A stretch of DNA of 38,972 nt, taken from Phycisphaeraceae bacterium (GTDB taxonomy: Bacteria; Planctomycetota; Phycisphaerae; Phycisphaerales; Zrk34). A model generated the notes under the pieces. The model was not told where the DNA came from. It saw only the letters and a list, made by a program, of their open reading frames with translations, and did not search any database. The stretch spans positions 1-38,972 of the forward strand of contig JBBDRF010000039.1 of the NCBI GenBank assembly GCA_040905565.1, read 5' to 3'. Shown here one piece after another: positions 8,969 through 19,258 of the stretch; position 1 is the stretch's first letter, and each line of letters begins with the position of its first letter. The position numbers and the translations under genes are program-made.

Positions 8969-10447
8969 ATGGGCGATACGCCACGTAACCAGTTCTGCGG
9001 CCGCACAAGGCGCGAGTTTCTATGGGAAGCCGGCGGCGGGTTCGCCGGCGTCGCGCTGGCAGGCATGCTTCAGCGCGATGGCTTCTTCGCCAACCGCGCC
9101 CAAGCCGCCTCCGCTGCCGCGCCTTCGCCCCTCATGCCTCGGCCACCGCACTTCAAACCCAAAGCCAAAAACGTGATCTTCCTGTTCATGTACGGCGGCC
9201 CGTCGCAGATGGACCTGTTCGACTACAAGCCCGAGCTTCAAAAACGCGACGGCCAGACGGTTCAGATGGAAATCCGCCGACGCGACGTTCGCCCCTCCAC
9301 GCTGCTGGGCTCCAAACGAAAGTTCGCCCGCTACGGACAGAGCGGCCAGTGGTGCTCCGACGCCCTGCCACACACCGCGCAGCACATGGACAAGATGGCC
9401 GTCGTCAAAAGCATGTACCAGGACTCGTTCGCGCACGGGTCGGCGATCCTGCAGATGAACTCCGGTCGCATCCTTCAGGGCCATCCCTCCATGGGCTCGT
9501 GGATGAGCTACGGCCTCGGCACGATCAACCAGAACCTGCCCGGCTACGTGGTGATGCTCGACCCGCGCGGGGGCCCCATCTCAGGCCCCGCCAACTGGAC
9601 AGCCGGCTACATGCCCGCCGCCTACCAGGGCACCGTGCTGCGCACCAGCGGTCAGCCGATTCTTAACCTCAGCCCCGCCGGCGGCGTGACACGCCCGATG
9701 CAACGCCGACAGATCGACGCCATCAACGCGCTCAACAACGAACACCTCGCCGACCGCCCCGGCTACTCGGAACTGCAAGCACGCATCGCCAGCTATGAAC
9801 TGGCCTTCGCGCTGCAATCCACCGCGCCCGAAGCGCTGAACCTCAGCGAAGAAGACGAAGCCACCCGCGAGATGTACGGCTTTAACGAAGCCAAGCCCGA
9901 CCACAAACTGGCCGTCGGTGCTGAGCCGTTCGCGCGGCAGTGTCTCACCGCAAGGCGGCTCGTCGAGCGCGGCGTCCGGTTCGTGCAGATCTATCACGGC
10001 GGCGGCCATCAGCAACAAAACTGGGATGCCCATCACGGCGTGGAAGAGAACCTCAAAATCCACGCACCCGAGATCGACAAGCCCGTCGCAGGCCTACTGG
10101 CCGACCTCGAACGCCGAGGCATGCTCGAAGATACGCTCGTCGTCTGGGGCGGTGAGTTCGGACGCCAGCCGGTCATCGAAGGCGGCGGCGACGGACGCGA
10201 CCACAACCCCAAAGGCTTCACCTACTGGCTCGCCGGCGGCGGCGTCAAAGCCGGCACCAGCTACGGCGAGACCGACGAACTCGGCCACGAAGCCGTCTCA
10301 AACCGCCATCACATCCGTGACCTCCACGCGACCATCCTGCACCTGATGGGCCTCGATCACGAAAACCTGACGTACTTCTACGGCGGCCTCGATAACCGAC
10401 TCACCGGCGTCCAACCGGCGCGCGTGATCGACGGCATCGTCAGCTAA
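8969..10447 (+). CDS. DUF1501 family Tat-exported protein
   Basis: TRREFL signal; FLFMYGGPSQMDLFDYKP, ARRLVERGVRFVQ, WDAH, GEFGR, GRDH motifs. Starts 12 bp after its usual DUF1549/DUF1553 partner. Confidence 0.93.
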   Translation: MGDTPRNQFCGRTRREFLWEAGGGFAGVALAGMLQRDGFFANRAQAASAAAPSPLMPRPPHFKPKAKNVIFLFMYGGPSQMDLFDYKPELQKRDGQTVQMEIRRRDVRPSTLLGSKRKFARYGQSGQWCSDALPHTAQHMDKMAVVKSMYQDSFAHGSAILQMNSGRILQGHPSMGSWMSYGLGTINQNLPGYVVMLDPRGGPISGPANWTAGYMPAAYQGTVLRTSGQPILNLSPAGGVTRPMQRRQIDAINALNNEHLADRPGYSELQARIASYELAFALQSTAPEALNLSEEDEATREMYGFNEAKPDHKLAVGAEPFARQCLTARRLVERGVRFVQIYHGGGHQQQNWDAHHGVEENLKIHAPEIDKPVAGLLADLERRGMLEDTLVVWGGEFGRQPVIEGGGDGRDHNPKGFTYWLAGGGVKAGTSYGETDELGHEAVSNRHHIRDLHATILHLMGLDHENLTYFYGGLDNRLTGVQPARVIDGIVS

Positions 10448-11699
10448 CGCGGTCGTCGTGCATCAACTCCAGCGCCAGCAGCGTCTGGTCGTCTTTGATC
10501 AGCGCAGTCCCGCGGTACGTGGCGACGTCGGCGACGATGCGTTCGACCATCGCCTGGAGCGGCAGGTGCAGATGCTCACGAAACGTGTTGACCAACCCGT
10601 CGTAGCCGAACGGCTGCCCCTTCTGGTCGAACTGCTCCAGGATGCCGTCGGAGAAAATCAGGAATCGGCTGCCGTGCTCGTCAAGATCGATCACCGTCTG
10701 AGGCCAGGGCTCGTTCGAATCGACGATGCCGACGGGCAACCCCCCTTTGATCTGCACCAGCCCGGAGCGCGAGAAAATCGGCCCATGATGCCCGAAATTC
10801 AACGCCCGCAACTCTGACTGCTCAGGCACGAACTTGAAGAGTAGGCCCGTGGCGAACGTCACGTTCTCGCCGTCCCCCATGTCGACCATCGCACGGTTCA
10901 ATCGCTGACAAATTTCGCCGATGTCCGTCTCGGTCTGGAGCAGTTCGTCGAGCAGGACGACGAGTTTGGTGCCGAGTTCCGCCGCTTCCAGTCCGTGGCC
11001 CATCACGTCGGCGTGCAGCAGAAACGTGCTACCGTCGGGCAGTTCGCAGCTCCACAGCACGTCGCCGCCGACCTCTTCGAGCGGCTGAAAATACTGGGCC
11101 GCTCGGAACGGACGCACGTTGATGGGCCGATCCATAACACGCTGGTGATATTCACGAATGATGTGGCGTGGTGATTTGAGCGAGTCGAGCATCCCGCGTT
11201 GCCGCTGGAGCAGATTCTGTTTCTCGTCGCGTTGCCGGGTGTGGTGAACCAGCCAGCGGATGGCGCCCGAGGCGTCGCGGCGAGGGATGACGCGAAGATC
11301 GTAGATGCGGCGATCGAACGGCCCCGACGCGTTGAACGACTCGCTGTACAACGGCAATCGCCCCTCCAGCAGCAGCCGATACACATGCTTCCACTTCTCA
11401 TGCTCGCGGCCGGTGAGATTTTCCAGCACCCGCGGATTCCAGCTTGCTTCCAGCACCCGCTCGCCGTTGTTCGACGCGGCAAACGCGGCCCAACGATCGC
11501 TGGTGTAAACGACCTTGAGCATGTGGTCGACAACGTAAAGCGTATCGCCGGGATTGATGTCGGGCGGCAGCATGTCCGCGAGGTGCTCATCAAGTGCCAT
11601 AGGCGGAACGTCCAGAATCGGGTGCTCATGGAACTGCTGGAACGAATCACGGCGGCCATCGTGCATCATCGTACACCGCCACTCCCGCGGCGGCATCAC
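10440..11699 (-). CDS. PP2C/SpoIIE (RsbU-like) serine phosphatase with N-terminal PAS-like sensor
   Basis: VGGD, ADVMGHG, FATGL, FSDGILE, DDQTLL motifs. Start codon uncertain. 3' end overlaps DUF1501 gene by 8 bp. Confidence 0.85.
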   Translation of the reverse strand: MMPPREWRCTMMHDGRRDSFQQFHEHPILDVPPMALDEHLADMLPPDINPGDTLYVVDHMLKVVYTSDRWAAFAASNNGERVLEASWNPRVLENLTGREHEKWKHVYRLLLEGRLPLYSESFNASGPFDRRIYDLRVIPRRDASGAIRWLVHHTRQRDEKQNLLQRQRGMLDSLKSPRHIIREYHQRVMDRPINVRPFRAAQYFQPLEEVGGDVLWSCELPDGSTFLLHADVMGHGLEAAELGTKLVVLLDELLQTETDIGEICQRLNRAMVDMGDGENVTFATGLLFKFVPEQSELRALNFGHHGPIFSRSGLVQIKGGLPVGIVDSNEPWPQTVIDLDEHGSRFLIFSDGILEQFDQKGQPFGYDGLVNTFREHLHLPLQAMVERIVADVATYRGTALIKDDQTLLALELMHDDRVS

Positions 11700-11708
11700 G
11701 TGGTCGCA

Positions 11709-12332
11709 TCAGCTGCGGACGACGAGGCAATTGGCGAGCATGTCGTGCAGGGCCTGACGGCGGGGCGTGAACGCGGCCATCAGGAAACCGATGAACAGGA
11801 TGAGGGCCGAGAGGTACTTCGCGAAGTGGCGACCGGTCGCGCGGAGGAAGCTGATGCGCCGGCCGAACATATCCGTCACCTTGATATTCAGCACGCGCTT
11901 GCCCAGCGTGGCCTGCAGCGACGAACATTCCATCAGCGCAAAATACAACCACCAGACGAGGGCCGAGGCGAGTTGAACCGACGGCAGTCGCATGTCCGAT
12001 TCCGAAGCGGGGTCGACGCCCAGAAGCGGAAAAATGAGCGCGCCGGTCACGAGGGATAACAGCAGCCAATCGATCACGATCGCCGCGAAACGTCGGAAGA
12101 AGCCGGCGTAACCGTTGAACCAGGCCGGTGACGCTTCGGGCTCAAGATCCGCATTGGCGGGAAACAGCCCCGCCACCTGATGGGCGGGCTGCCAGTCGGC
12201 ATCGCCTTCGTGCCAGACGAAATCATCGGCGTGAAAAAGCCCCGCGCCGGCTGCGCTTTGCAGCGCGTCGAAAGAAACCGGCCCCACCTGCTGACCGCCC
12301 TGCGTGTAGTAGTACCATTGGCCCTGCTGCAT
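11709..12332 (-). CDS. GYF_2 (DUF4339) + RDD family membrane protein
   Basis: WYY...QVGPVS...VWHEG..DWQPA; YAGFFRRFAAIVID, QATLGKR, RQALHDMLA. Confidence 0.9.
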   Translation of the reverse strand: MQQGQWYYYTQGGQQVGPVSFDALQSAAGAGLFHADDFVWHEGDADWQPAHQVAGLFPANADLEPEASPAWFNGYAGFFRRFAAIVIDWLLLSLVTGALIFPLLGVDPASESDMRLPSVQLASALVWWLYFALMECSSLQATLGKRVLNIKVTDMFGRRISFLRATGRHFAKYLSALILFIGFLMAAFTPRRQALHDMLANCLVVRS

Positions 12333-12351
12333 CGCGACCCCAGGCGGAAAA

Positions 12352-13452
12352 TCAGCCGAGGCTGACGGGCATGATGACGTAGAGGAACTCGCCGCCGGCC
12401 CGGAGAACGCCGGGCTTGTTGGGAGCTTTGAACTCCATGGTGACCTCGGGCGCGTCGATCACCTTGAGCACATCGGTCACGAAGAACGGGTTGAACCCAA
12501 TGTCGATCGGCTCGCCGGTGTAGTTCTCAACAGGCACGGTGACTTCCGCTTCACCCATCTCGGGAGCCCGGCTGGAGAGCACCATCGCATCATTGTTGAA
12601 GCTGAACCGCACGCCCTTGGATTCTTCGTTGGTCAGCAGCGAAGCCCGCCGCACACCGCTGGTGAGCACCTCGGTGTTGAAGGTGGCTTTGCGGTCGTGC
12701 TCTTTGGGGATGACGTCGTTGTAAGGCGGGAAGTTGCCCTCAACCAGCCGCGTCGTGAGCGTCGCCTGCTCACTGGCGAAGTGGGCCTGGCCGTCGGCGA
12801 TGCGAACGCGGACACGCTCAGCGGGATCGTCCAGCAGCCGCATCAGCAGGTTCAGCGCTTTGCTGGGGATGATCGACGCAGCCGAGTCGCCCGTTGCTTC
12901 GGAGCAGGTGGAGCGGGCCACGGCAAGGCGGCGGCCGTCCGTCGCGATCATCGAAATCTTCTTGCCCTCGCGCTCCAGCAGCACACCGTTGATCGCGTAA
13001 CGGCTGGTCTCGCGGGCCGTGGCGAAGCTGGTCTTCGTGATGATGTCCACCAGCGAGCCGGCTTCGATCACGAAATCCGGATCGCCGCTGAACACGTCGA
13101 CCGGCGGGAACTCTTCGACGCTCTGGCTGAAAATCTTGAAGTGCGAATCGGCGCTGCGGAGGTGGGCAGCCTCGGCGTCGGTCTCGATGGTGATGGTCGG
13201 ATCGACCGACTCACGGACGATGGCGGAGAACTTGTCAGCAAGGATCAACGCCTCGCCGGGCTCCTGCACTTCGACCTGATCGACTCGCAGATGGATTGCC
13301 ACCTCAAGGTCAGTTGCGGACAGGCTCAGCGCGCCGTCGTCAGCGACAAGTTTTACCGAGAGCAAGACGGGCTTTGGGGTTCGGCTGACAATCACCGCCC
13401 CGACCAGATTCAACGCCTCAACCAGTGCCGCTCGATCGCAAGTAACCTTCAT
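12352..13452 (-). CDS. dnaN: DNA polymerase III beta sliding clamp
   Basis: ATDLEV, ATDGRRLA, LVEGNFPPY..VIP, IGFNP.F, YVIMPV; 366 aa. Confidence 0.97.
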   Translation of the reverse strand: MKVTCDRAALVEALNLVGAVIVSRTPKPVLLSVKLVADDGALSLSATDLEVAIHLRVDQVEVQEPGEALILADKFSAIVRESVDPTITIETDAEAAHLRSADSHFKIFSQSVEEFPPVDVFSGDPDFVIEAGSLVDIITKTSFATARETSRYAINGVLLEREGKKISMIATDGRRLAVARSTCSEATGDSAASIIPSKALNLLMRLLDDPAERVRVRIADGQAHFASEQATLTTRLVEGNFPPYNDVIPKEHDRKATFNTEVLTSGVRRASLLTNEESKGVRFSFNNDAMVLSSRAPEMGEAEVTVPVENYTGEPIDIGFNPFFVTDVLKVIDAPEVTMEFKAPNKPGVLRAGGEFLYVIMPVSLG

Positions 13453-13543
13453 CGCTTCAATTCCTGACCATATAGAGTGAGCGGATACCTTACCGCTTCG
13501 CGATGAGGCTTACAAGCATGCCTGCGAAGCCCGAACGCAGGGC

Positions 13544-13670
13544 GAACGGAAGGGTGCCCCGGCCAGCGCAGACGGCCGGGCGGGATGGCGACAACGTCCG
13601 GGGCATTGGTGCAGATCCTGGGAAACCCGGCCGTCTCGCTTTCGCTCGCTGGCCGGGGCACCCTTCGTTC
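13544..13670. repeat. REP-like inverted doublet (family B, GGGTGCC-led)
   Basis: 13549-13568 is the exact reverse complement of 13647-13666, and 13570-13580 of 13626-13636. Each arm is GGGTGCC + CCGGCC...GGCCGG hairpin. Confidence 0.8.
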
Positions 13671-13675
13671 CGCGC

Positions 13676-13700
13676 GACCGGGTTGGGGACAACCCAGCTC
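13676..13700 (-). repeat. REP-like hairpin family C, copy 2
   Basis: Reverse complement GAGCTGGGTTGTCCCCAACCCGGTC, 23/25 identical to 3395-3419; 5 bp after thrC stop. Confidence 0.8.
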
Positions 13701-13705
13701 CCTTT

Positions 13706-15142
13706 TCAATCCTGCAATGCGGCGACGCTGGCGGGGTCGCCGCCGAGCGCTTCGACGATGGCGGCAAGGTCGTCGGGCACGGGGATGGGCGGGTTGGAAA
13801 GGCGGCCGGTGGGCTCAACGCGGTCGGCGGTTTCCTGCACGCTCTTCATGTCGATGCCGGTGTGATAGCGGACGGTGGCGTCGGGATCTTTCAGTTGATG
13901 GCCGGTCAGGATGCACACAACCTGCTCGTCTCGGCTGATCACGCCCTGCTCGATGAGCATGCGCGCCCCGGCCACGCTCGCCGCCGAGGCTGGTTCGCAG
14001 CCGAAGCCGAATCGGCCGACCAACGCTTTGTGCTCCATGATGTTTTCGTCGTCGACTTCGAGGACGACGCCGTCCATCTGCTCGAGCGCCCGCAGGGCCT
14101 TGGGCAGGTTCACAGGCCGCCCGATTTCAATGGCACTGGCGACGGTGATCGCCTTCTGACCTGCTGCGTCCTGCTCGGCGTAAAGCTGATCGCGGGCAGC
14201 GACATCCCAGCGGCCACCGTTCCACCGCAAGCCCCGCTCGGTGTAGAGTTGATAAAGCGGATTCGCCCCCGCCGCCTGCACCACGGCCAGCCTGGGGATG
14301 CGGTCGATCAAGCCCAATTCTTTGAGTTCGGTGAAGGCCTTGGCGAAGGCGGAGCAGTTGCCGAGGTTGCCGCCGGGCACCACGATCCAGTCGGGCACCT
14401 GCCAGTCGCGGGCCTCGAGCACGCGGTACATGATGGATTTCTGGCCCTCCAGGCGGAACGGGTTCACCGAGTTCATCAGGTAAACGCCGAGCTCGGGCAG
14501 TTGCGTGGTGATCTGCCTGACGCGGTGAAGGCAGGCGTCAAAGTCGCCCACGATCTGCAGCGTGCGGGCCCCGTAATCGAGCGCCTGCGAAAGCTTGCCG
14601 TAGGCGATGCGGCCCGAGCCGATGAACACGATCCCCTTCATGCCCGACACGTCGGCGAACATCGCCAGCGAAGCCGAGGTGTTGCCGGTGGACGCGCAGG
14701 CGACCTGCTCCGTGCCGACCATTTTCGCGTGGGTGAACGCAGCGGTCATGCCGTTGTCTTTGAACGAGCCGGTCGGGTTAAGCCCCTCATATTGAAGGTG
14801 CAGCCCGCCGCCCTCAAGGCCGATTTCGCGCGCCAACCGCTTGGCGTGTTGCAGATTCGTGCGACCTTCGCCGACGGTGACGATGTCGTCATCCTTTTCA
14901 TAGAATGGAATCAGTTCGCGGAAGCGCCAGACGCCAGAGAAGTCCAGCCGTCCCGTGCCGTGCTCGCCCTTGGTGTTCCACCTACGCTCGAACGCTTCCC
15001 ACGAGGGTGCCGGCAGGCGATCCCAGTGGTACTTGATGTCCAGAAGGCTGTCGCACTTGGGGCAGGCGACAAGCACCTGACTTACGTCGAAAGTCGTCGC
15101 ACAGTCGGGATTGATGCACTGTTGATAGGCGTGGTCGCTCAT
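13706..15142 (-). CDS. thrC: Threonine synthase
   Basis: [20 protein letters not shown] (PLP lysine), [37 protein letters not shown]. Confidence 0.95.
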   Translation of the reverse strand: MSDHAYQQCINPDCATTFDVSQVLVACPKCDSLLDIKYHWDRLPAPSWEAFERRWNTKGEHGTGRLDFSGVWRFRELIPFYEKDDDIVTVGEGRTNLQHAKRLAREIGLEGGGLHLQYEGLNPTGSFKDNGMTAAFTHAKMVGTEQVACASTGNTSASLAMFADVSGMKGIVFIGSGRIAYGKLSQALDYGARTLQIVGDFDACLHRVRQITTQLPELGVYLMNSVNPFRLEGQKSIMYRVLEARDWQVPDWIVVPGGNLGNCSAFAKAFTELKELGLIDRIPRLAVVQAAGANPLYQLYTERGLRWNGGRWDVAARDQLYAEQDAAGQKAITVASAIEIGRPVNLPKALRALEQMDGVVLEVDDENIMEHKALVGRFGFGCEPASAASVAGARMLIEQGVISRDEQVVCILTGHQLKDPDATVRYHTGIDMKSVQETADRVEPTGRLSNPPIPVPDDLAAIVEALGGDPASVAALQD

Positions 15143-15302
15143 GGTTCCATCCAGCGAAAATAGACGTGGGGAAGCATCTTAGCAGGTCGATGAGAGGTCG
15201 GCACCCGGCGACTCCCCACGCCGCTGGTCGTACATCGGCGACCGCGTATCTGAGCGACGCTGGGCCTAGCCTTCTTAAGTGAACCAACGAAAGGGGGCGG
15301 CG

Positions 15303-15908
15303 ATGCGTCAGTGCATGACGATGATGCGAAGAAGCAAGGGCGACAGCGGCTGGGCCCGCAAATCCTCTTCAGCGGACATGGCCAAGGGGATGCTTGCGGG
15401 GGTCGTCGGTGGGATCGCCGGTGCGTGGGCGATGAACCAGTTTCATCTGTTGACCACCAAAGTAACAGGGCACGGCGGCGATGAAGCGCAACAGGCCGCC
15501 GAGCATGAGCCGGGCGACGCCCAGGCGGCGCAGCGCGGCAAGGAAAAAAAAGGTGAACCGACCACCGTGCTGGCGGCGGACGCCGTTTCGCGTCGGCTTT
15601 TTCACCATGAGTTGAGCGAGAAAGAGCAGCAGATGGCCGGCCCCGCCATGCACTACGGCTTCGGCGCGGTGATGGGCGGCATCTACGGCACGGCGGCGGA
15701 AACGATCCCGATGATCCGCGTCGGTGAAGGGGCCGCCTACGGCGCGGCAGTCTGGCTCGTGGCGGACGAAGCCGCGGTGCCGGCCTTAGGGCTTGCGGGG
15801 CCGCCGACGCAGCATCCGCCTTCGGTTCATCTGTCATCGTTGGGTGCCCATCTCGTCTACGGGCTGGTCACCGAGTCCGTCCGCCGAACGGTCATGGCGC
15901 TATGGTGA
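15303..15908 (+). CDS. DUF1440-like membrane protein
   Basis: GMLAGVVGGIAGAWAMN, MHYGFGA..GGIYG, GAAVWLVADE..VPALGL, HLVYG pattern. Start uncertain (15279-15324). Confidence 0.75.
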   Translation: MRQCMTMMRRSKGDSGWARKSSSADMAKGMLAGVVGGIAGAWAMNQFHLLTTKVTGHGGDEAQQAAEHEPGDAQAAQRGKEKKGEPTTVLAADAVSRRLFHHELSEKEQQMAGPAMHYGFGAVMGGIYGTAAETIPMIRVGEGAAYGAAVWLVADEAAVPALGLAGPPTQHPPSVHLSSLGAHLVYGLVTESVRRTVMALW

Positions 15909-15923
15909 AAGGCTGTGTCGCAT

Positions 15924-16982
15924 TCACCCGCCCATGCCGGTCACGCCGCGCCAGCCGATGTAGCCGAGGTAGAGCAGCAGCAGGGCTGTGCCTTCGACGC
16001 GGTCGATCTTCTGATTGCCGCTGATCGCCAACGGCAGCAGCACCAGCGACAGGCCCATCATCATCCACAGATCGACGTGCCCGCCGGCGGGTATCTCCAG
16101 CGGCTGAACGATCGAAGTCACCGCAAGAATCAGCAGCAGGTTAAAGATGTTCGAGCCGACGACGTTGCCGATGGCGATGTCCGTTTCGCCGCGGCGCACC
16201 GCCATCAACCCCGTCGCCAGTTCGGGCAGGCTCGTGCCGACCGCGACAACTGTGAGGCCGATGAGTTCCTGCGGCGCCCCCAGCCATTCCGCCACGCCGA
16301 CCGCTCCCATGACCGTCAACCGACCGCCCGCAACGACCGCCACCAGCCCGCCGAGCAACAGGATCCACGCGAGGCGCTTGGAGATACTCGTCTGCTCTTC
16401 GACTTCCTCCACGCCCGGCAGCAGGGTCAGCGAATCTTCGCGATCGCTCAGGGCAGCCGTCAGCGTGTAGTACATGAACACCGCAAAAAACAGCAGCATG
16501 ATCAGCCCGTCGCCACGAGTGAACACCTCCACCAGCGCCCCCCCACCTGCCCCCCCACCGGGCCCCCCGCCGGCCGCCTCAGTCGCCCCCCCCACGCCGT
16601 TGCCACCCAGCCAAAAGGCATCGACCGCCATCACCACCACGGCGAAAGTGCCGAGCAGCATCATGGGAATTTCGCGGATGATGATGGTGCGATGGACCGA
16701 CAGCGGCTGAATCATCGCGCAGATGCCGAGGATCAGCCCGATGTTCGCGATGTTCGAGCCGATGATGTTACCGAAGCTGATGCCCACGTCGCCGCTGATG
16801 GCAGCGGTCAGGTTAACCGCGAGTTCCGGCGCACTGGTGCCGAAGGCCACGATGGTCAGGCCGATGATAAGTGGGCTGACGCCCAGCAGCCGGGCGAGTG
16901 CCGCCGAGCCGCGCACGAGCGCATCGCCGCCGAATAACAGCAGCGGGATGCCGATTATCAACCAAAGCACATCAAGCGCCAT
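15924..16982 (-). CDS. yrbG: Ca2+/Na+ (CaCA) antiporter
   Basis: Two alpha repeats GTSAPE...GNIIGSN and GTSLPE...GNVVGSN; Gly-rich loop insertion. Confidence 0.92.
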   Translation of the reverse strand: MALDVLWLIIGIPLLLFGGDALVRGSAALARLLGVSPLIIGLTIVAFGTSAPELAVNLTAAISGDVGISFGNIIGSNIANIGLILGICAMIQPLSVHRTIIIREIPMMLLGTFAVVVMAVDAFWLGGNGVGGATEAAGGGPGGGAGGGALVEVFTRGDGLIMLLFFAVFMYYTLTAALSDREDSLTLLPGVEEVEEQTSISKRLAWILLLGGLVAVVAGGRLTVMGAVGVAEWLGAPQELIGLTVVAVGTSLPELATGLMAVRRGETDIAIGNVVGSNIFNLLLILAVTSIVQPLEIPAGGHVDLWMMMGLSLVLLPLAISGNQKIDRVEGTALLLLYLGYIGWRGVTGMGG

Positions 16983-17007
16983 GCACTGCTCCCCGAGCGA
17001 CCCCTGA

Positions 17008-18456
17008 TCAGACCTTCAACTCCACCCTCGCATCAAGCTGATCAGCGTAACGCTTGCGGATCGGCTCCACCACTTCTTCGATGAACGCATCGACCTGCTG
17101 CGGCGCGCGACCGACAAACTTTCGGCCATCAAGCTCCGCCCGCAGATCAATCCCCTTGAAGGTCGGCTCGCTTTCAAGCCGATCCAGCAGATCGTTCTCC
17201 GCCCCCTCACGCTTCACGCGCTCAGCCGCAGCCTGGCTGTGCGTACGGATCACCTCGTGCACTTCCTGCCGATCGGCCCCGGCTTTCACCGCCGCCATCA
17301 GCAGGTTCTCCGTGGCCATGAAAGGAAGCTCACGGTTGAGATTCGCTTCGATGGTTTTGTCGTAGACCACGAGGTCGCGTGTCACACTGATGACCAGGTC
17401 CAGCACGCCGTCGAGCGCCAGGAACGGTTCGGGAAGCGAAAGGCGACGGGCGGAGGAATCGTCCAGCGTCCGCTCGAACCACTGCTCCGCAGCCGTGGTG
17501 AACGGCACCTGCGTCAGGCCGATCACGAACCGCGCCAGGCCGCACACCCGCTCGCACCGCATCGGGTTACGCTTGTACGCCATGGCCGACGAACCGATCT
17601 GATCCTTGCCGAACGGCTCTTCCATCTCCTTGCGATTGGCAAGCAGGCGGATGTCCGTGGCAAACTTCGCGCAGGTCGCCGCCGCTGCGGAGAGCGAAGC
17701 CCCGATCATGCCGTCGACCACGCGGGGGTAGGTCTGGCCGGTGACCACAAATCGGCGGTCGGGCTCCCAGCCCATCTTCTGCGTCACCAGCCGATCAAGC
17801 TGATCGACTTTTTCGTGAGCTTCGGGCGTGTCGCCGCCGAAGAGTTCGAGGAACGAAGCCTGCGTGCCCGTCGTGCCTTTCACGCCTCGGAAGCGCAGCG
17901 TGTCCCGGCGATGCTCAACCTCCTCCAGCGCCAGTGACATATCGTGAGCCCACAACGCTGCCCGCTTACCGACCGTCGTCGGCTGGGCCGGTTGATAGTG
18001 CGTAAAGCCCAGCGTCGGCAGCTCGCGGTACTGGGTGGCGAATCGACCGAGCGCGTCGATTGCCGAGGCCAGCTTGCGGGCGATGATGCCCAAAGCTTCA
18101 CGGATCTGCAGCAGCTCGGCATTACAGACCACGAACTGGCTGGTCGCGCCCAGGTGGATGATCGGCCGGGCTGCGGGGGCCTGATCGCCCAGGGCGTGAA
18201 CGTGGGCCATCACGTCGTGCCTGAGCTTCCGCTCGTACTCAGCGGCGCTCGCGAAATCGACATCGTCCAGATGCTCGCGCAGCTGTGCGATCTGCTCGTC
18301 AGAAATCTTCAGCCCCAGCTGCTTTTCCGATTCCGCCAGGGCGAGCCACAAGCGCCTCCAAGTGCTGAATTTGCGCTGAGGCGACCAGCACCCCTGCATT
18401 TCTTTTGAGGCGTTTCGGGTGGCCAGAGGGCTTTCGTAGGTTGTATGCTCGTTCAT
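17008..18456 (-). CDS. purB: Adenylosuccinate lyase
   Basis: [32 protein letters not shown] signature. ATG 18456 ([14 protein letters not shown]) preferred over 18582. Confidence 0.95.
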   Translation of the reverse strand: MNEHTTYESPLATRNASKEMQGCWSPQRKFSTWRRLWLALAESEKQLGLKISDEQIAQLREHLDDVDFASAAEYERKLRHDVMAHVHALGDQAPAARPIIHLGATSQFVVCNAELLQIREALGIIARKLASAIDALGRFATQYRELPTLGFTHYQPAQPTTVGKRAALWAHDMSLALEEVEHRRDTLRFRGVKGTTGTQASFLELFGGDTPEAHEKVDQLDRLVTQKMGWEPDRRFVVTGQTYPRVVDGMIGASLSAAAATCAKFATDIRLLANRKEMEEPFGKDQIGSSAMAYKRNPMRCERVCGLARFVIGLTQVPFTTAAEQWFERTLDDSSARRLSLPEPFLALDGVLDLVISVTRDLVVYDKTIEANLNRELPFMATENLLMAAVKAGADRQEVHEVIRTHSQAAAERVKREGAENDLLDRLESEPTFKGIDLRAELDGRKFVGRAPQQVDAFIEEVVEPIRKRYADQLDARVELKV

Positions 18457-18613
18457 GAGAATCGCTACCGTAGGAGGGGGACGGGGGGTGCGGGGGAAGC
18501 TGTGGCTGAGGTGCCGGTCGGTCGCGCGGAAAGTAAGCGGGGTCGCACCGAGCGATCGGGTATCGTACCCTAATGCAGTCACTGCGGAAATGCGCTCAAA
18601 GATCGCGAGGCCG

Positions 18614-19258
18614 ATGGGTCAGGACCCCCTTCTAACACCGGAACACGAAAAGCAGCTGTTGGCCCTCCTCCAGAGGGGCGACCGCGGGGCCTTGGGTGAA
18701 TTGCTGAGTGCTTATCAGCATCGGATTTACCACGTCTGCCTGCGGATGGTTTCGTCCGCCGACGATGCCGCCGAGCTGGCGCAGGATACGCTGCTGCGGG
18801 CCGTGCAGCATGTCGACAGCTTCAAGGGCGACGCGAAGTTCTCCACCTGGCTCACCCGCATCGCCATGAACCTCTCGATCAGCCACTTGCGGAAGGCCAA
18901 GCTTCGGAACGCGGTTTCGCTCGATCATCAGCACGCAGCGACCAACGGTGAGGCCCAGCCGCTCCGGGATTTAATTCATCAGAACCATGAACCTTCGCCG
19001 CATTCCCGCGTCGAAAACAGTGAGCAGCTTGATCGTCTCGCGGGAGCCATGGACGCCATCGATCCAGCCCTGCGAAGCGTGATCCTGCTGCGGGACTTGC
19101 AGGGTATGGACTATCAGCAGATCGCTGAGGTTCTCTCGGTTCCCGTCGGTACCGTCAAAAGCCGACTCTTCCGAGCCCGCCTGGCCCTGCGAAAGGTGAT
19201 GGAAGCGCCTTCACCTGTGACCAACCCTACAAGGACCACCGAGGTGGCCGATGGCTGA
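18614..19258 (+). CDS. ECF RNA polymerase sigma factor
   Basis: Region 2 DAAELAQDT...[11 protein letters not shown]; region 4 [26 protein letters not shown] 18614 has GAGG upstream (18590 possible). Confidence 0.92.
   Translation: MGQDPLLTPEHEKQLLALLQRGDRGALGELLSAYQHRIYHVCLRMVSSADDAAELAQDTLLRAVQHVDSFKGDAKFSTWLTRIAMNLSISHLRKAKLRNAVSLDHQHAATNGEAQPLRDLIHQNHEPSPHSRVENSEQLDRLAGAMDAIDPALRSVILLRDLQGMDYQQIAEVLSVPVGTVKSRLFRARLALRKVMEAPSPVTNPTRTTEVADG

Noticed and set aside
13453..13705. oriC next to dnaN
   Set aside because: No dnaA, no TTATCCACA cluster and no AT-rich unwinding element; the spacer is filled by GC-rich repeats.
15151..15227. Nested inverted repeats (CCAGCG/CGCTGG, CGTGGGGA/TCCCCACG) as a thrC riboswitch or attenuator
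   Set aside because: No Thr-rich leader peptide or T-box. A TGcTAAGAT extended -10 lies inside the structure, so the distal arm is probably not transcribed with thrC. Short GC stems are expected by chance.
18455..18613. Apparent head-to-head overlap of purB and ECF ORFs (also extended starts at 29610 and 36906)
   Set aside because: Artefact of longest-ORF start choice; homology-like sequence begins at downstream ATGs.
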